Shown: in pieces, positions 13,446 to 26,800 of the stretch
Layout: every line of letters begins with the position of its first letter
Numbering within the stretch: the first letter of the stretch is position 1
NCBI RefSeq assembly: GCF_020745735.1
Contig: NW_026867788.1
Coordinates: 351,584-415,583 of the forward strand
Source: Hemiscyllium ocellatum
Lineage: Eukaryota
Direction of reading: 5' to 3'
Length of the DNA stretch: 64,000 nucleotides
Made by a program: the position numbers and the translations under genes
Notes under the pieces: model-generated
What the model was told of the DNA's origin: nothing
The model's input: the letters and a program-made list of their open reading frames with translations, nothing else
Databases searched by the model: none

Positions 13446-14819
13446 TATAGCTCACAGAGTGTGTTCGTAAATGCAATTAGTGTGAATGGTATTTGGAGCA
13501 ATACGTGTAATTGGAAAGTTATAGTTAGGTTGGGGATTGTTTAAGGGAATCGGAATATAGAGATAAAGACATCACGAAGCAGTTGCATAGAGTGTTGGTG
13601 AGAGTGTACCTGAGTTATTGAGTGCAGTGTTGGTGACCTAATCTAAGAAAGATTACACTGATCATAGAGGACGTGCAATGGACATTCTCCAGATTAATTC
13701 CTGAGATGACAAGATTTCCTGATGGGGAGATTTGTCTTGCGACCTCTCCAGTTTCAAAGCATGAGAGATGATCGCAGTGAAATTTCAAAAATTTATGATA
13801 CATGTGATGAGGTGGAAATAAACAGGATGTTTCCCTAGCTGTCTACTCTATATTTAAGGCAAGCAATGACAGGATAAGGGATATGCCATTTAAGACCGTA
13901 ATAAGGAGGAAATTCTTCCCTTGAAGGGGACTGACTAACACAGGGGTATTGAAGCCTGTTGGCAGGGCAAGATTAAGGAAAATCCCCAGATATTCTCACG
14001 TATATCAAGTGGAACAGAACAACCAGAGAACATGTAGGGCCTATTAGTGATTTGCCAAGTTGCATCCCAACTCAACGTCATAGTAGAAGGGTGTTTGTGT
14101 GACTGGAGCCCAATTTCCCCGGTGTACCGCAGAGATCAGTGCTGTATCCCCTATTATTTGTGGTATTCATAAGTGATGTGAATGTGAAGTGGGTAGGGAG
14201 AGTGTGATAAGTAAGTTTGTGTTTGACACAAAGATTGGCCGGGTGGTTGGCAGTGAGGAGGAAGGCCTTATGTTACAGGAGATAGAGGTAGAATGGTCAG
14301 ATGGACAGAACAATGGCAGATGGAATGTAACCCTGATAAATATGAGGTGACACACTTTGGAAGAAGGAACCAGACAGAGGAATACCCAAAGTATGGCATC
14401 ACCCTAGGAAGCTCAGAGGGTACTTCTCCACACATCCCTGAATGTGACTGGATATGATAATTGATGATTTCAGCATGACTGCAGATAAAGCCGTTATTCT
14501 TTGACCCAAAGATTATCCGAGTTTTATATAGCACTTTGGTAAGGCCAAATGAAATATTGTGTGCAGTTCTGGGAGCCACATTACAGTAAGGGTGTGATTG
14601 CACTGGATCAGGTGCAGAAGAGATTCATCAGGATGTTCCCTGGGATGGACCATATGAGCTGTGGAGAGAGGCTGGGTAAGCTCGAGCTATTTATTTTGGA
14701 GCAGAGGAAGTTGAGCGGATAAGTAATTCAGGTTTAAGATTACAAGGGGCATGGGCAGGGTGAATAGACAACAGCTGTTCCTTTTAGTCAAAGGTTCACC
14801 TCCCTTACAGTCTGAAACC

Positions 14820-16540
14820 AGGGAATGGAGAATGGAGAACAGAGAAACATGACACAGCTACTTCACTTCTGCCTTCACAGAAAAATACATAAACAAAGCC
14901 TTCCCAGCAATAGGAGAAAATCTGAGTCTGAGGAGAAAATGATGTGGAATGAAACGAGTAAATAAACTAATTTGTAGAAAGTATTGGAACTGAAAATAAT
15001 GGGCATAGAAAAAGATCTACACATATTGATGAAATGGGAAACATATTTGAGAAAGTGACTGGTAGATTAATAACAGAAAACACAATAGAGGCACTGAACT
15101 TGGATTTTCAGCAAGAATTTTAATAGAGTCCTAAGCCTAGTGTGCAAAGTAAAAGCACATGGGATAGCGGGTAATATATGAACATGGTGTTAAAATGGGA
15201 GTGTTGACAGGAAACAATGAGTAGGAATAAATGGATGGTTTTCAATTTGGAAGGCTCATGAGGCATCACAATGATTGGTGCTGAGGCGCCAGATATTCGC
15301 AGTACATCTCAAACATCTCGTTGAGGGAATCCAATGCAAAGTTTCTAAGTCTGCTGACGGAACGAGGATTTTGAAAAGTGAGGAGGATGTGAAAAAAAAC
15401 TTCAAGGTGATTGAAACAAATGGAGTGAATGAGTAAATATGTGGCAGATGAAGAGAAATGTGGATAGATGTGATGTTGTCTACTTTGTTGGGAAACACTA
15501 AAATTCCAGCCAACCATTGGAAAAGGGAGTGGTTGAGAAATGTCGATCTATGAATGGAACGGCACTTTTCTTCTGTTATTGTTTGTACAGACATTTGAGT
15601 TCCATGCAGGGCAGTGAGTTCTGAGGACAGAAGCCAATGCAGGGAATACATTGGCACACAGACCAGCTTACGCAGACCCACCATGTGGAGAGCTGTAACA
15701 TTGAAAAAGTTCTGGGATCTCCCTGTACACCAGTTACGGAAAGCAATATTGCAGGAAAAGAAAGCAGTCAGGAAGATAAATGGAGTGTGGACCCTCATTT
15801 CAGGTGGACTTGAGTCCAGGAGTAAGGGTGTCTCAGTGCAGCTGTACAGGCCCTTGGTGAGACCTCAACTCGAACATTGTGAGTATTATGTGCAGGTTTG
15901 GTCTCCGTTTCTAATAAAGGACAAACCTGACATTGAGGGAGTGCAGCGAAGGATGAACAGACTGATCTCTGGGATGACAGACTTTTTGTGGCGCAGAATT
16001 TGGGGCGACTGAGCCTGTATTCCATGGGGTTTAGGAAAATGAGTTTTATATATCTCAGTGAGATATATAAAACACTGACAGGGTTAGATAGATTGGAATC
16101 AGTGATGATAATTCCCTTGGCTGGGACGTCTAAACCAAGGGGCCACATTATTAGATACACACAGGTCACATTGTATTTAGGTAAGAATAAATGTCTGGAC
16201 TCAGAGACTGGTGAACCTGGGAATTCTCTCTCACATAAGGCTGTGGAAGACAAGGTGCTGAAGACTAATAAAGATGTCTAGACACCGAAAGGATGGGGGA
16301 GAGAGCAGGAGTGTGGTGTAGAAATAAAGGGTCAGTCGTCATTATATTGAATTGGATAGCAAACTCTACAGACTAAAGGAACTACCGCACTTCCTATTTT
16401 ATAGTTTCACAAGGTTAATCACATTAAGGGATGTGTACAGTGTGTGGGGAAAGTGCATTGAGTAGATATTCAGATATTAACTAGAATGGGACAGGCTCAA
16501 TGTGCTGTATGGCCTATTCTATTCCCGATGTTTCTGTGTG
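14820..16540 (+). mobile_element. Degenerate CR1-type LINE RT/3' fragment
   Basis: ORF 15614-16012 contains LYRPLVRPQLEHC...VQVWSP and IEGVQRR, which are LINE RT C-terminal motifs. Confidence 0.75.
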
Positions 16541-16699
16541 GTCTCTGAGAAAGCTCTGTAAATGTTGTCACAAGTTCGCAGATGTTAGAAAAGATGTCTC
16601 TGCAGGGTCAACAGGACTGTGTTTCCCGTTCCCTTTTCAGTACTGAGGCTGGGGATGGATGTTCTGTCTGGTTTTATCCTTTATGACCTCGGAGCAGTT

Positions 16700-16995
16700 T
16701 GATACAATAGAGTGTCTTGCTTGGCTTTTGCAGAGACCATTGAAGAGTTTATCACATGCCTGTGTGTCTAGACTCACTTTTAGGCCAGACCAGGAAAGGA
16801 CGGTAGATTCACTCCCTGAAAGTACATTGGAAAAGCAAATTGGTGTTTACAATCGACATTGACTTCAGGTCACTGTTACTGACATCAGATTTGAGATCTC
16901 GATATATTATTAATTGTTTTAACTTCCACCAGCTGCCAGAGCATTAGCCCGGTCTGGATTTTTAATCCAGTGACTTTTCCAAAACAGCACCATCT
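16700..16995 (-). mobile_element. Second SINE family, degenerate copy
   Basis: Reverse-complement similarity to the copy at 30650-30985 (TCCTTACCTGGTCTGGCCTACATGTGACTCCAGA-like core). Confidence 0.6.
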
Positions 16996-17089
16996 CCACA
17001 TGGGGGCCTATCAGAATCTGCATTGAGCAGGATATTTCTGTGCTGCTTGACAGCTCTATCAGAAAGAACTCCCAATTTGACTATCGTGA

Positions 17090-17620
17090 TGAGACTGAAG
17101 GGGTTGTAATTGGTCAGAGTGTAATTATTCCCAGCTTAGGAACTGGACATAGCTGAGTAATTTTCCACATTGCCAGGCACATGTCAGAGTTGGAGCTGGA
17201 GTAAAACAGCTTCCCCAGGGACACGGCTTGTTGTGCAGCACAAGTCTTCTGTCCTATTATAGGAATGGTGTCAGGACCCATTGCCTTTGTCGTATCTATT
17301 GTGTTCAGCTGTTTCTTCATGTCACGTACAGCAAATCAAATTGATTGAATACTGGCATCTGTGATCCCGTGGGCATCATGATGACGGTGAATTGAATCAT
17401 CGACTCAACACCCTTGGCTAGGATGGTACAGATACTATTTCTTTGTTTTTTACACTGATATGCAGAGCTGATCCATGGATAGAATGGGAATAATTGTGGA
17501 GCCCTCTCCACCAGTTAGTTGTTTAATCATCTATTACGATTTTTGGCCGCATGTGGCAGGCTGCAGAGGTTTCATCTGGGTGTATTGACCTTGTGACAAT
17601 TTCTCTCTCTCGATCATATG
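17090..17620 (-). mobile_element. L2-like LINE fragment (N-terminal RT region)
   Basis: ORF 17114-17320: DTTKAMGPDTIP...WKITQLCPVPK. Confidence 0.75.
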
Positions 17621-18849
17621 ATTTGGTTTCATTTGATTTGATAGGATTCATTGTCGCATGTATCTAAGTAGAGTGACACTGTTTGTTTATACACAGTTCT
17701 GGCAGATCATAGTGAGAGTTGGAGCTGCCTTTTTTAGAGACATGGAGTGGCCGAAATCTAAAAGTTTACTTTGGCTGTCTGTTTCTGAAGAGCCACAAAA
17801 TAGCCAGAAATTAAAATAGATTGCTTCAGCATTAGTGAAAAAAGTACCTTTGAAAAGGAAATATTTCCAAGTCAAAAGAAAGGCTAATCTGATTCTCAAG
17901 ATTCTGAAACATGCCAACCTAGTGATAAAGTAGGTTCTTTTTTTAAAAAGAAATTGATGATTTATAACAGAACACAGATGAAATAATGAAATTGTAGCAC
18001 AAAAACGTTGAAGAATCACGACAAAAGGTAACTTATTCTGATCTCAGTAAGAATTCTTTTCATCCACAAAACAGCAACTCAAGTTATCTTTCCGAAGGTA
18101 GCTGCGACTTTGAAACTGTTTACATTAAATAATAAGTTCTAGTTAAGTATTTGGGAATTAATCATGGACACAGATTTCAACGGAATTATAAAACCTTAAA
18201 GAGATGTCTGGCATGTCTTGTCTAATTCGCTGAGAAAAGGGTTAACAGTAGAAATAATAATGATATTACGAATTTTGTATTAGTATCAGCTTTTTAATGT
18301 AAAATGTGATAACGGAAATTGATAAGAGATAGCCTGCCCAATGGAGAATAGAATTCATGCAATCCTTCAAAATACACAATGAAGGGGTATGACTCAAAAA
18401 AAAGCACAGCCTCTAACTTTGGAATGCATTACAGAAAGATCCCAAGGACTAGAGATAACAAAAATCGTTAAGCTTCTTAAACAAATAAGAACCTCGAGCT
18501 GTCCATGCGAGTGTCCATCATTGATCAATTGTTTTACAAGATTGGTTCTGCAGAAGGGGAGTGGAGGGTACACTGACAAGGTTGTGTACAATCATTGCAA
18601 CACAGAACGTATAAAAATACTGTCTTTTTACTGTGATATCGAAGTGGGTCATTGATATGCCTTCTGATCTGATCTAAATATTAAGGAAACGACTGTCTTC
18701 TCATGTCAAAGCCAGATTCGAGGAAGATCCTTTGGTATTCTCCCAGCATTAAACAGATTTTGTTTGAATTAAAGTTCATTCCGTGCCAGTGCATTGCCTG
18801 CCTCCAGAGTCTTTGTCCCTAGCTGGGGAATCTCGCTCTAACAATAAGC

Positions 18850-20010
18850 AAGGACATACAGATCATAGGGTAAAGGAAAAACTTAGATTGAGGCATACAG
18901 GCTACACCAGAAAGGGCATGCAATAGGCCACATCAATGTGAGCAAGATCAGCATAATTTGAAGTTAGAGAGTTCATTCCTCAGTTTAATAATGGCTGGGA
19001 AGATGCTGTTCATGAGCCGCTGGTTTGTGTGTTCAAGCTTCTCTATTGTCTGCATGATGGAAGAGATTGTATGAGATCCAAAGTTCGATGGGTCTTTGAT
19101 CATGTTGTTACCCTTTCCGTGGCAGCGAGCTGTGTAAATGGAGACGTTGGTTTCCGTGGTGGCATGGGCTGTGCACACAACCTTCTGTCATTTCTCTTAC
19201 TGTCCTTGACAGGTCATTATGCACACAGATAGTTTATTCCCAGTGGTGCATTTGTAGACATTGGTGAGGGTCCTTGTGGACATGTTAAATGTCCTGAGCT
19301 GCCAGAGAAAGAAGAGACATTGTTGTGCCATCTCGACTGTCACATCTACATAGGAAGTCGGTTATCGTCACTCCAAGCAACTTAATGCTTTCCACCCTTT
19401 CAGCTTCATTTCCATTGATGCAGATGAGAGCATGTTCTCCTCGTTTCTTTCGAATGTCATTGATCAGTTGGTTAGTTCTGCCAACGTTGAAAGAGAGGAT
19501 TGTCTCAGTGCAGCACATCACCTAGTCCTCTGTTTCCGTTCTGTATTTTGACTTGCAATCATTACATATCCGTCCTACTATGATGGTGTCATCAGTGAAC
19601 ATGTAGATGGCATTCGTTCAAAATTTGGCAATACAGTCATGGGTGTACAGGGAGCATATTAGGGGTCTGAGGACACATTCTTTGGGATTTCAGTGTTGAA
19701 TATTATCATGGAAGAGACACAGTTACCCATTTTCACTGATTGTGTACTGTGGGTCAGAAAACTGAGGATCCAATTTCAGCGAACGGATTCGAGACTAAGG
19801 TCAGGGAGTTTTGTGATCAGTCTGAAGGGAATAATTGTGTTGAAGGTGAACCTATATTCAATGAGCAGGAATCTGACGTGGGTGTCCTTGTTGTCCAGAT
19901 GTTCCAGGGATATGGCAGACGCTATGGACCTATTCCACTGGTAGGAAAATTGTAGGGGATCGAGGCAGGCTGGGAGACTGGAACTGATGTGGGCCATGAC
20001 TAGACTCGCG
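18850..20010 (-). mobile_element. Rex1/Babar-like LINE fragment
   Basis: ORF 19776-20171 contains [13 protein letters not shown]...[26 protein letters not shown]; 19285-19521 contains RVESIKLLGVTI. Confidence 0.75.
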
Positions 20011-20854
20011 AAGCACTTCATGCCACCCATCAGTCTCCTGCGCTCTAAAGAGAAATGTCCCAGCTTATCCAACCTCTCCCTATGACTCAGAACCTTGAGT
20101 CTTGGCAACATCCTTGTAAAGTTCCAATTAAATTCCATCCTTCCTATAGCAAGGTGACCAAAACTGAACACAGTGTTGAACTTGGAACTATTTGCAACTG
20201 TACGTTTTCACTCTGTTGCCAATGGTTATGCTGCAATGAAATTATTTTATTTTTTGTGTTATTCTGAAATCCTATTATACTTTAAATCTTCTGATGGCAA
20301 TCTCTCTGGTGAACGTCCTCCTGACTGCGTGAATTTGAATCAATCTATTTTGTTTGGGCAGATATTTTGAGGCAGCTGCATATCAGAGAACAGGAAGAGA
20401 TGATGGATGTTTGTGCAGTGTGTATCCTTTACTGGACCAGCTTGTCTCTCCAAGCACCTAAAGCTCTTATTGTGAGTCAGAGTACCTCAGAATTGTTACA
20501 TCACAGAAGGATGATATTCAGCCCATTGTAGGCCCATGCACATAGAACATTACAGCTCAGTACCTGTAACATTCTTCAGCACTACCCATCTCTCCACCGA
20601 CCTTACTGCAAACCATAAATTTACTAACTCATCCTTCAATTCCCTCATTAAGGTCATTTTCAAAAAGACAAACAACAGTTGCCCCAAAACAGATTTTTAC
20701 AGTATACCACTAGCGACTGAACTCGAGGATGAACATTCCCCATCAACTACCACCCACTGTCTTCTATCGGTTAGCCAATTTCTGATCCAAATCGCTAAAT
20801 CACCGTCAATTCCACGTCTCCGTATTTTCTGGGAGAAAGTAAGGACGACAGATG

Positions 20855-21055
20855 TTTGAGATCAGAGTCGAAAGTGTGGTGCTGGAATAGCACAGCAAGT
20901 CAGGCAGCATCCGAGGAGCTAGGAGAAAGTGAAAACTGCAGATACTGGAGACCAGAACACTGATTCCTGTTGAAGGGCTTACAAATGAAACATCGACTCT
21001 CCTACTCCTTGGACGCTGCCTCATCTGTTCTGTTTTTCCAACACCACATTCTTCA
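20855..21055. mobile_element. Degenerate inverted pair of Penelope pLTR fragments (similar pair at 60210-60355)
   Basis: Similar to the 362-bp unit (CCTGTTGAAGGGCTTAC...GAAACATCGA), preceded by a reverse-complement partial copy. Confidence 0.65.
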
Positions 21056-21059
21056 TGTT

Positions 21060-22370
21060 TTCTGCAATAGCCTAACATGGGGGACTTATCAAATGTTTTA
21101 CTGAAATCCTTATTACCCCACTTTACACTTATCCACCTGTTTGGTCACCTTCTCATTGAACTCAGTAAGATTTGTGAAGCATGAACAGTAGCTGTTGTTT
21201 GAAAAAGCTCCACATTTAAATTGTGCCCATTCCCTGCAGTTTCCTTCCACATCCTATGTATCCTAAAACCTTTCCTAATCGCATCATAATTGCCTTTCCC
21301 CTAGCTATAACAGTTTCCCTGAGGTATAGATTTGTCCATTTCCATCGCTAAGGTAGACATAACTGAATTGTGGTCACTATCAGCCAAGTGTTCACCTACC
21401 TCCAAATCTAATACCTGGCCGGGTTAATTACCAGTACCAAATCCAATTTGGCCTTGTACCTTGTTGACCTATGTACGTACTGTGTCAGGAAACCATTCTG
21501 CACACATTAGACAAAAACTGACCCATATAAGTTAATTGAACTGTAGCGTTTTCAGTCAATATTTGGAAAGGTAAAATTCTCCATAACAACTACTCAGTTT
21601 TTTTCGCTCCTATCCAGTATCATCTTTATAATCCTTACTCTACATCTCTGGAACTTTTCAGCGGGCAATATAGAACTGTCAACAGGGTGGGCTCTCCGTT
21701 TTTGTTTCTAACCTCTTCCCATACTAACTCAGTTATCGAGTCCTTATCAAACATCCTTTCTGCCAACGTAATATTGTCTTTGATTAACAATGCCACCCCG
21801 CCATTTTTAGTACCTTCCTTGTTCTTAATGAAGCATATAAACCCCACACCCTCCAACGATTAGTCCTGTCCCTGCTCTATCCATTTCTCCAAAATGGCCA
21901 CAACGTTTGTGAAAAGATTTGTAGCTCGGGTGCTCGTTGTTGTGGTTCTGTTCGCCGAGTGATCTGTGTTGCAGACGTTTTGTCCCCTGTCTAGGTGACA
22001 TCCTCAATGCCTGGGAGCCTCCAGTGAAGTGCTTCTGTGGTGTTTCCTCTGGCATTTGTAGTGGTTTGAATCTGCCGCTTCCGGTTGCCAGTTCCAGCTG
22101 TCCGCTGCAGTGGATGGTACATTGGGTCCAAGTCGATGTGTTTGATGATAGAATCTGTGGATGAGTGCCATACCTCAAGGAATTCCCTAGCTGTTCTCTG
22201 TTTGGCTTGTCCTATAATAGTTGTGTTGTAGCAGTCGAACATCAAGCTGTACAACTGCACAATTTGGAAACAGGGAGTGATTGGAGGGATGCTAAACGAG
22301 GGTGAGTTGGATAGATTAGAAGACAGCATGAGGGAAGATATACAGGAACAGACGGAAAATAGAAGTTTTA
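21060..22370 (-). mobile_element. CR1 LINE endonuclease fragment interrupted by a Penelope fragment
   Basis: ORF 21635-21856 (GGVALLIKDNI...ELVWEEVRNK...YCP). Sequence continues at 22256-22370. Confidence 0.7.
21906..22255 (-). mobile_element. Penelope-like element 3' fragment (GIY-YIG endonuclease C-terminus)
   Basis: ORF 21991-22329: NTTIIGQAKQRTAREFLEVWHSSTDSIIKHIDLDPMY. Confidence 0.8.
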
Positions 22371-23646
22371 TTTAGAAATTCTCACGTACTGCAAGGCCAT
22401 TATCTAGTGCCACACCCTGTTAGCACTGTGCGGATACTGGCTGTGGTTCCAGGGCGTTTATTTTCAATAATACCACAGAGCTGTGTTGCTGACAATTAAA
22501 CAGAGTCCGACAGGCCAAATGGTTTTATTTTACAGTGAGAAGGTGGTTGAATTTAAACAGACTGGGTGAACAGCAGCAGGGACTGAGAATCCTGCTCGAT
22601 ACTGAGATACTGCGCCAGAGAATCTCAATGAGACGGATCACTGACAGAGGGGAAATCAGCATCACAGCTGTGGGCCAAATAATGATTGAGAAAGATTGCA
22701 CACCACTTCCGTGATTTTGAAATACACAATTTCAATTTATGAAGCTCAATATCATGAGTGTATCTTATCTCTTTGTATTTTCCATAGTTTAGTATGGACA
22801 GAAAATCATTTTGTCCTGCATTTTGTGTTCGATAAACAGGTTTTACTCTTCGTTCCTCACTTTAGATATATCCTTGAATCTGTTCTTCATATGAGTTATA
22901 AAGAGTAACATTCCAATACTGATGACTGGGGAATATTGTTGCCCCTCCCTCCAGTCTGAACTGCCATGTTCCACAATTCTCTTTGTTTTCTGTCTCCTCC
23001 ACAGTGCCATAATCACACTGTAATTGAAGTCCAGTAAATAACACTTCATCACAGTTCACTAACATCGATAACATCAATAGCACAGGACTCATTTGTCTCT
23101 TTCCGAAACTGGAATAACAATCTGAATTGCATTTGTCACGTTCAATTCTCTGTTAACATAGCCATGCAATTTGTCTGTTATAACCCCATGTTTCTCAGAC
23201 AAACATTCCCCTCAGATCATGAACTATAAAAATTGTCTCGATGTTTTATTGAGATTATAATGCTTGGTCAGTGGTTCCAGGATGTATGTTTCCATTTATA
23301 AACAGAGAAGCATGTTTACGTTCTGAGAAACTTATGACATTTCTCCTGCGTCCAAGTCAGATTGAATGGTTGCACTCAATTGATCTACCAGCCTCAAGAT
23401 TTTTTCCATCAGTCACCCTCACATATTCCATCCAGAATGTGGAAGTTTGAATCATTGTTTTGAATTTGAATAAAACAATATTGAATTGAAAGGCATTGGC
23501 TAGAGCTACTTGTTCAGTGACTGTGATTGATGTCACTCTCCGTGGATCGTAAATGTGTCACTGGAGGGTTTGCCTCTTCTACTAATTAAGGACTCGGTTC
23601 AATGTGTTATCGCAGTATGGCTGGGAGCATCAACGACTGGACTAAC

Positions 23647-23850
23647 AGGGATCAGCAGCTTGAGAGACGGGGGAGGAGAGATCAGAATCTGAGAGCATTA
23701 GACTGGAATATTGCAATAACAGGCAGGAGTTTATACTTGGGTCTTTACTATCTTTCTCATCCTGGATATCATTAGTATCACGGGTCGAAGATATCCTTTG
23801 GATTATTCAAGGTGGTTATTATCCCATTCTCGCTACAGTTGGTGTTCTTG
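23647..23850 (+). pseudogene. Exon-1 remnant of a GPR139-like class A GPCR
   Basis: 3' frame reads RVEDILWIIQGGYYPILATVGVL followed by G|GTAAGT, a phase-1 donor at 23851. This matches the TM1 start and intron position of GPR139-type genes (YY..L...GLP|A). 5' frame RDQQLERRGRRDQNLRALDWNIAITGRSL has no ATG, and there is TAG at 23773 plus a frameshift. No exon 2 found in the window. Confidence 0.55.
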
Positions 23851-26800
23851 GTAAGTCATTCCATCTGACCATTCAGCTGAGTTGAACTGAATTGCTGTTC
23901 ACATTCAAATTTTAGTATTTGGAATTCATCATTTTCAGATACAGTCAAAAATCGTATTCCTTACAAATTATAACGATCAAATTACTGTTCACAACTTACT
24001 CAACAATATGCGAGGAGAAACCAGATTGTTCTTAAACTCAAAGATCTTTTTCCTGCATTCAGATTTACATTCCTACATATTCTCCCCACTCACCAATCCT
24101 GCCCAAGGCCACTATCAGGATATTTCAGTCTCCTTCTCAGTCTCAGTTCAACTGCTGAATAATTCATCATTTGTGTCTTTGGTAAATCCAGGTATAAACG
24201 TTGCAAGTCTCTTCTAATTTTGCTTACGTCACAAAATATTTGCACTTTAGATGGGTAATTTGTCCTCTCCACGGAATCTATCAGATGGGCAGACAGTGCA
24301 TGGTGGTCAAGTCATTGATTCATCATCAAGAGGCACAGAATAATAATCTTTTGGTGTCTCATGAAGCAAGTTGATGGAATGCAAATGAAATCATCACCAC
24401 TTGTTTTAACACAGCCTATCTGTTTGTCTCATGTCTTGTAGAGAAGGCAATGGGTCATCTTTCCCTGGTAAGGTATCTGTGTGACTGCAAACCCAGAGCA
24501 ATGTGGTTTACTCTGTACTGTCCTGTGGAACAGCTGAAACAGCTAGTCAGTTCAGGATCAGCATAACATACTGGTCTGACCAGGGCTGCACAAATCCCGT
24601 GAGGGTAGAAAAAAAAGAAAAGATCGCTCCCATCCTCTGCCTGATTTCCATGTTCCTGCAAGTCATTTCCATTCAGGTAGGTGATCATTCCCTGTTTCGA
24701 GTGAATTCGTTCTCATAGAGTCTCCCATAGAGAGTGATATTCATCTCCATTGGCACCTCTGGTGATGACTTTATTGATGCTGACGTACAGACGTAAGGAA
24801 CATTTAAATTCCACATCATTCGCAGTGTAGAGAGAAGTAATGGCATTTTACAGCATAGGAAACAAGCTGAGACAGCTAAGTGAGGGAACAGAATTATTGC
24901 AATCAACCCTGTGAGTGTTGTTGAGATAGTATTTGGGGTATTTTGTCAGATTTTCTCTCATTTATAAGGAATAATCTTCTTGGAAGAAAGAGTGTAAAAG
25001 AGTTTCACCAGGCTAATTGTTGGGATGATTGTACCATCGGGAATGCATGAGGATCAATTTGTAGAGCTTTGAGGGAATAAGAGGTGATTGCATTGAATCT
25101 TAAGGGGATGAACAGTCACTCATTATATTCCAAACAGACAGTGATACTGTGATAAATTCCATGGCTTGTTTATTACTAGGTTTACATGATTGTCGATAGT
25201 TTAAAAGTCTCTGGGAACGTCCCTCCCACCCACGCCACTCCCCATTTCGATTGAGAGAGAGAGAGACGGGGTCAGACTTTGACTAATCTCTCCCCACATT
25301 ATGAACGTCATGTAATCCACAATCCCGACAGGATCCTCAATACCTTCATGCTAAAACAGTTAACAATTCCCATCAGCTTCTGACCTCCATGGAGAACATG
25401 GGTCTGTCTTCAGAGATAGAAGATGCCTCTTTGAGACTTGGTACAAAACATTTGGCTGCCTTCCTCACTGCCGGCAAAACATGTTAAAGTATCATTTGTT
25501 CCACAGTCAATGCAGCCACGAGGAACATTGTGAGCAGTCTATGAGTGCAGTCTCTGCTCCATTCGTTTTTCAGGTTGGAGCACCAATGACACCCACATGT
25601 TCCTGTATAAATGTCTTAAGGGACTAAATGGCCCCCTCCTGCTTCCATAGAACAGTATCAAGGATCTGATTGGGCTCTGCCTGTTCTTGTTTAACAGCTC
25701 AATGTACTGACCAGAGCCCTCCTTTTTCTGGGGACCAGGCAGCACAATTGAATGGGCTGTCCCTCTTCTTCTTCAGTCGTTTCGATGGGCTGAATGGCTA
25801 CCATATATCCATGAAACCAGCTTGAGATGCTGAATGAGCTCCCCTTTTAACTGTGGAAATGTGCAGTGTCTGGCCGTGCTGTTACATAAATGTTACCGAC
25901 GCTTTAACAGCACAAATCTAACAGCTGTCCAGGTCTTGCTGCACATGGACACAGAGACTGGTTCAGGCGCTGAGGAGGGACAAAATGTTCTGACTATTAT
26001 GTGATCTTCAGTGATCACTCCGCTTCTGATCTTATGATGGATGGTGGGAGAGTTTTGGCAGGGGTGTGGGTGCATAGATGTTGACAAAGAAGCTGAAGAT
26101 GTTTCTGCTGAGGAAGTGAACTTGAGGATCTCCTGAACGGATATCCTGGGACTGAGAAGATTGTCAGCCACCACCCACAAACATCTTCCTTTGTGCTCTG
26201 AAAGACCCCAATCAGTAGGGAGGGAACACCTGATTCCCATTAAATTCAAATCAGTAGATGGTCCTAATGACACCCTCAGTCAAAGGCTGCCTTGATATCA
26301 AGGCCATTCACTCTTTCCTGAGCACCTGTGTTCACCTCTTGTTCATATCAATAGGTAACGGTGTCTATGTGGGGAGTCTTTTTCCTCTCACAGGGAAATC
26401 AATGTCTGAAATTATCTGGGCTATTGAGTTAAGGGAGCTTAATCGCTGAAAGTATTTAAAGAGGGGGTAGATGTATTTTTGACCTGTCAGAAAGCTCGCG
26501 GGTGTGATGGATTGTGTATTGAAGAGGAGTTAATGCTAACAGTAGATCAGCCATGATCATATACAATGGCTTGGCAGTCCGATTTGCCTGATCTTGTTGC
26601 TTATCTTCATATTTTCTGTAATTACAAAGTTGATGGTTGTAATGTTTCTTGACATTCTGTTATTGAATGTTGCAATCAGAGAGAGCAAAGCACTTTTGAG
26701 TCAACTCTGGGTGAGATATGGGGCTTTATTCATAATGGATCTTGGTCGAGACCATGACCAATAAATGAAGGACAAGTTTCAGACAAGAGGCACTTTGTGA

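Larger units (their letters stand above)
100..14800 (+). repeat. Segmental duplication copy A (paralogous to about 24250-35075)
   Basis: Collinear matches: 111-540/24279-24715, 2440-2900/24725-25200, 2990-3800/26310-27150, 4090-4560/27190-27610, 7040-7800/30270-31330, 7860-8650/32960-33760, 13500-14800/33780-35070. Roughly 70-80% identity by eye. Confidence 0.85.

Noticed and set aside
17700-18700. Possible host exons (ORFs 17687-18019 and 18389-18655)
   Set aside because: All frames are interrupted by stops and no family motif could be recognised.
22424-22495. Isolated D-like segment (CACTGTG ... ATACTGG ... CACAGAG)
   Set aside because: 43 nt between heptamers is too long for a D, there is no 5' nonamer at 12 or 23, and it is far from any V or J.
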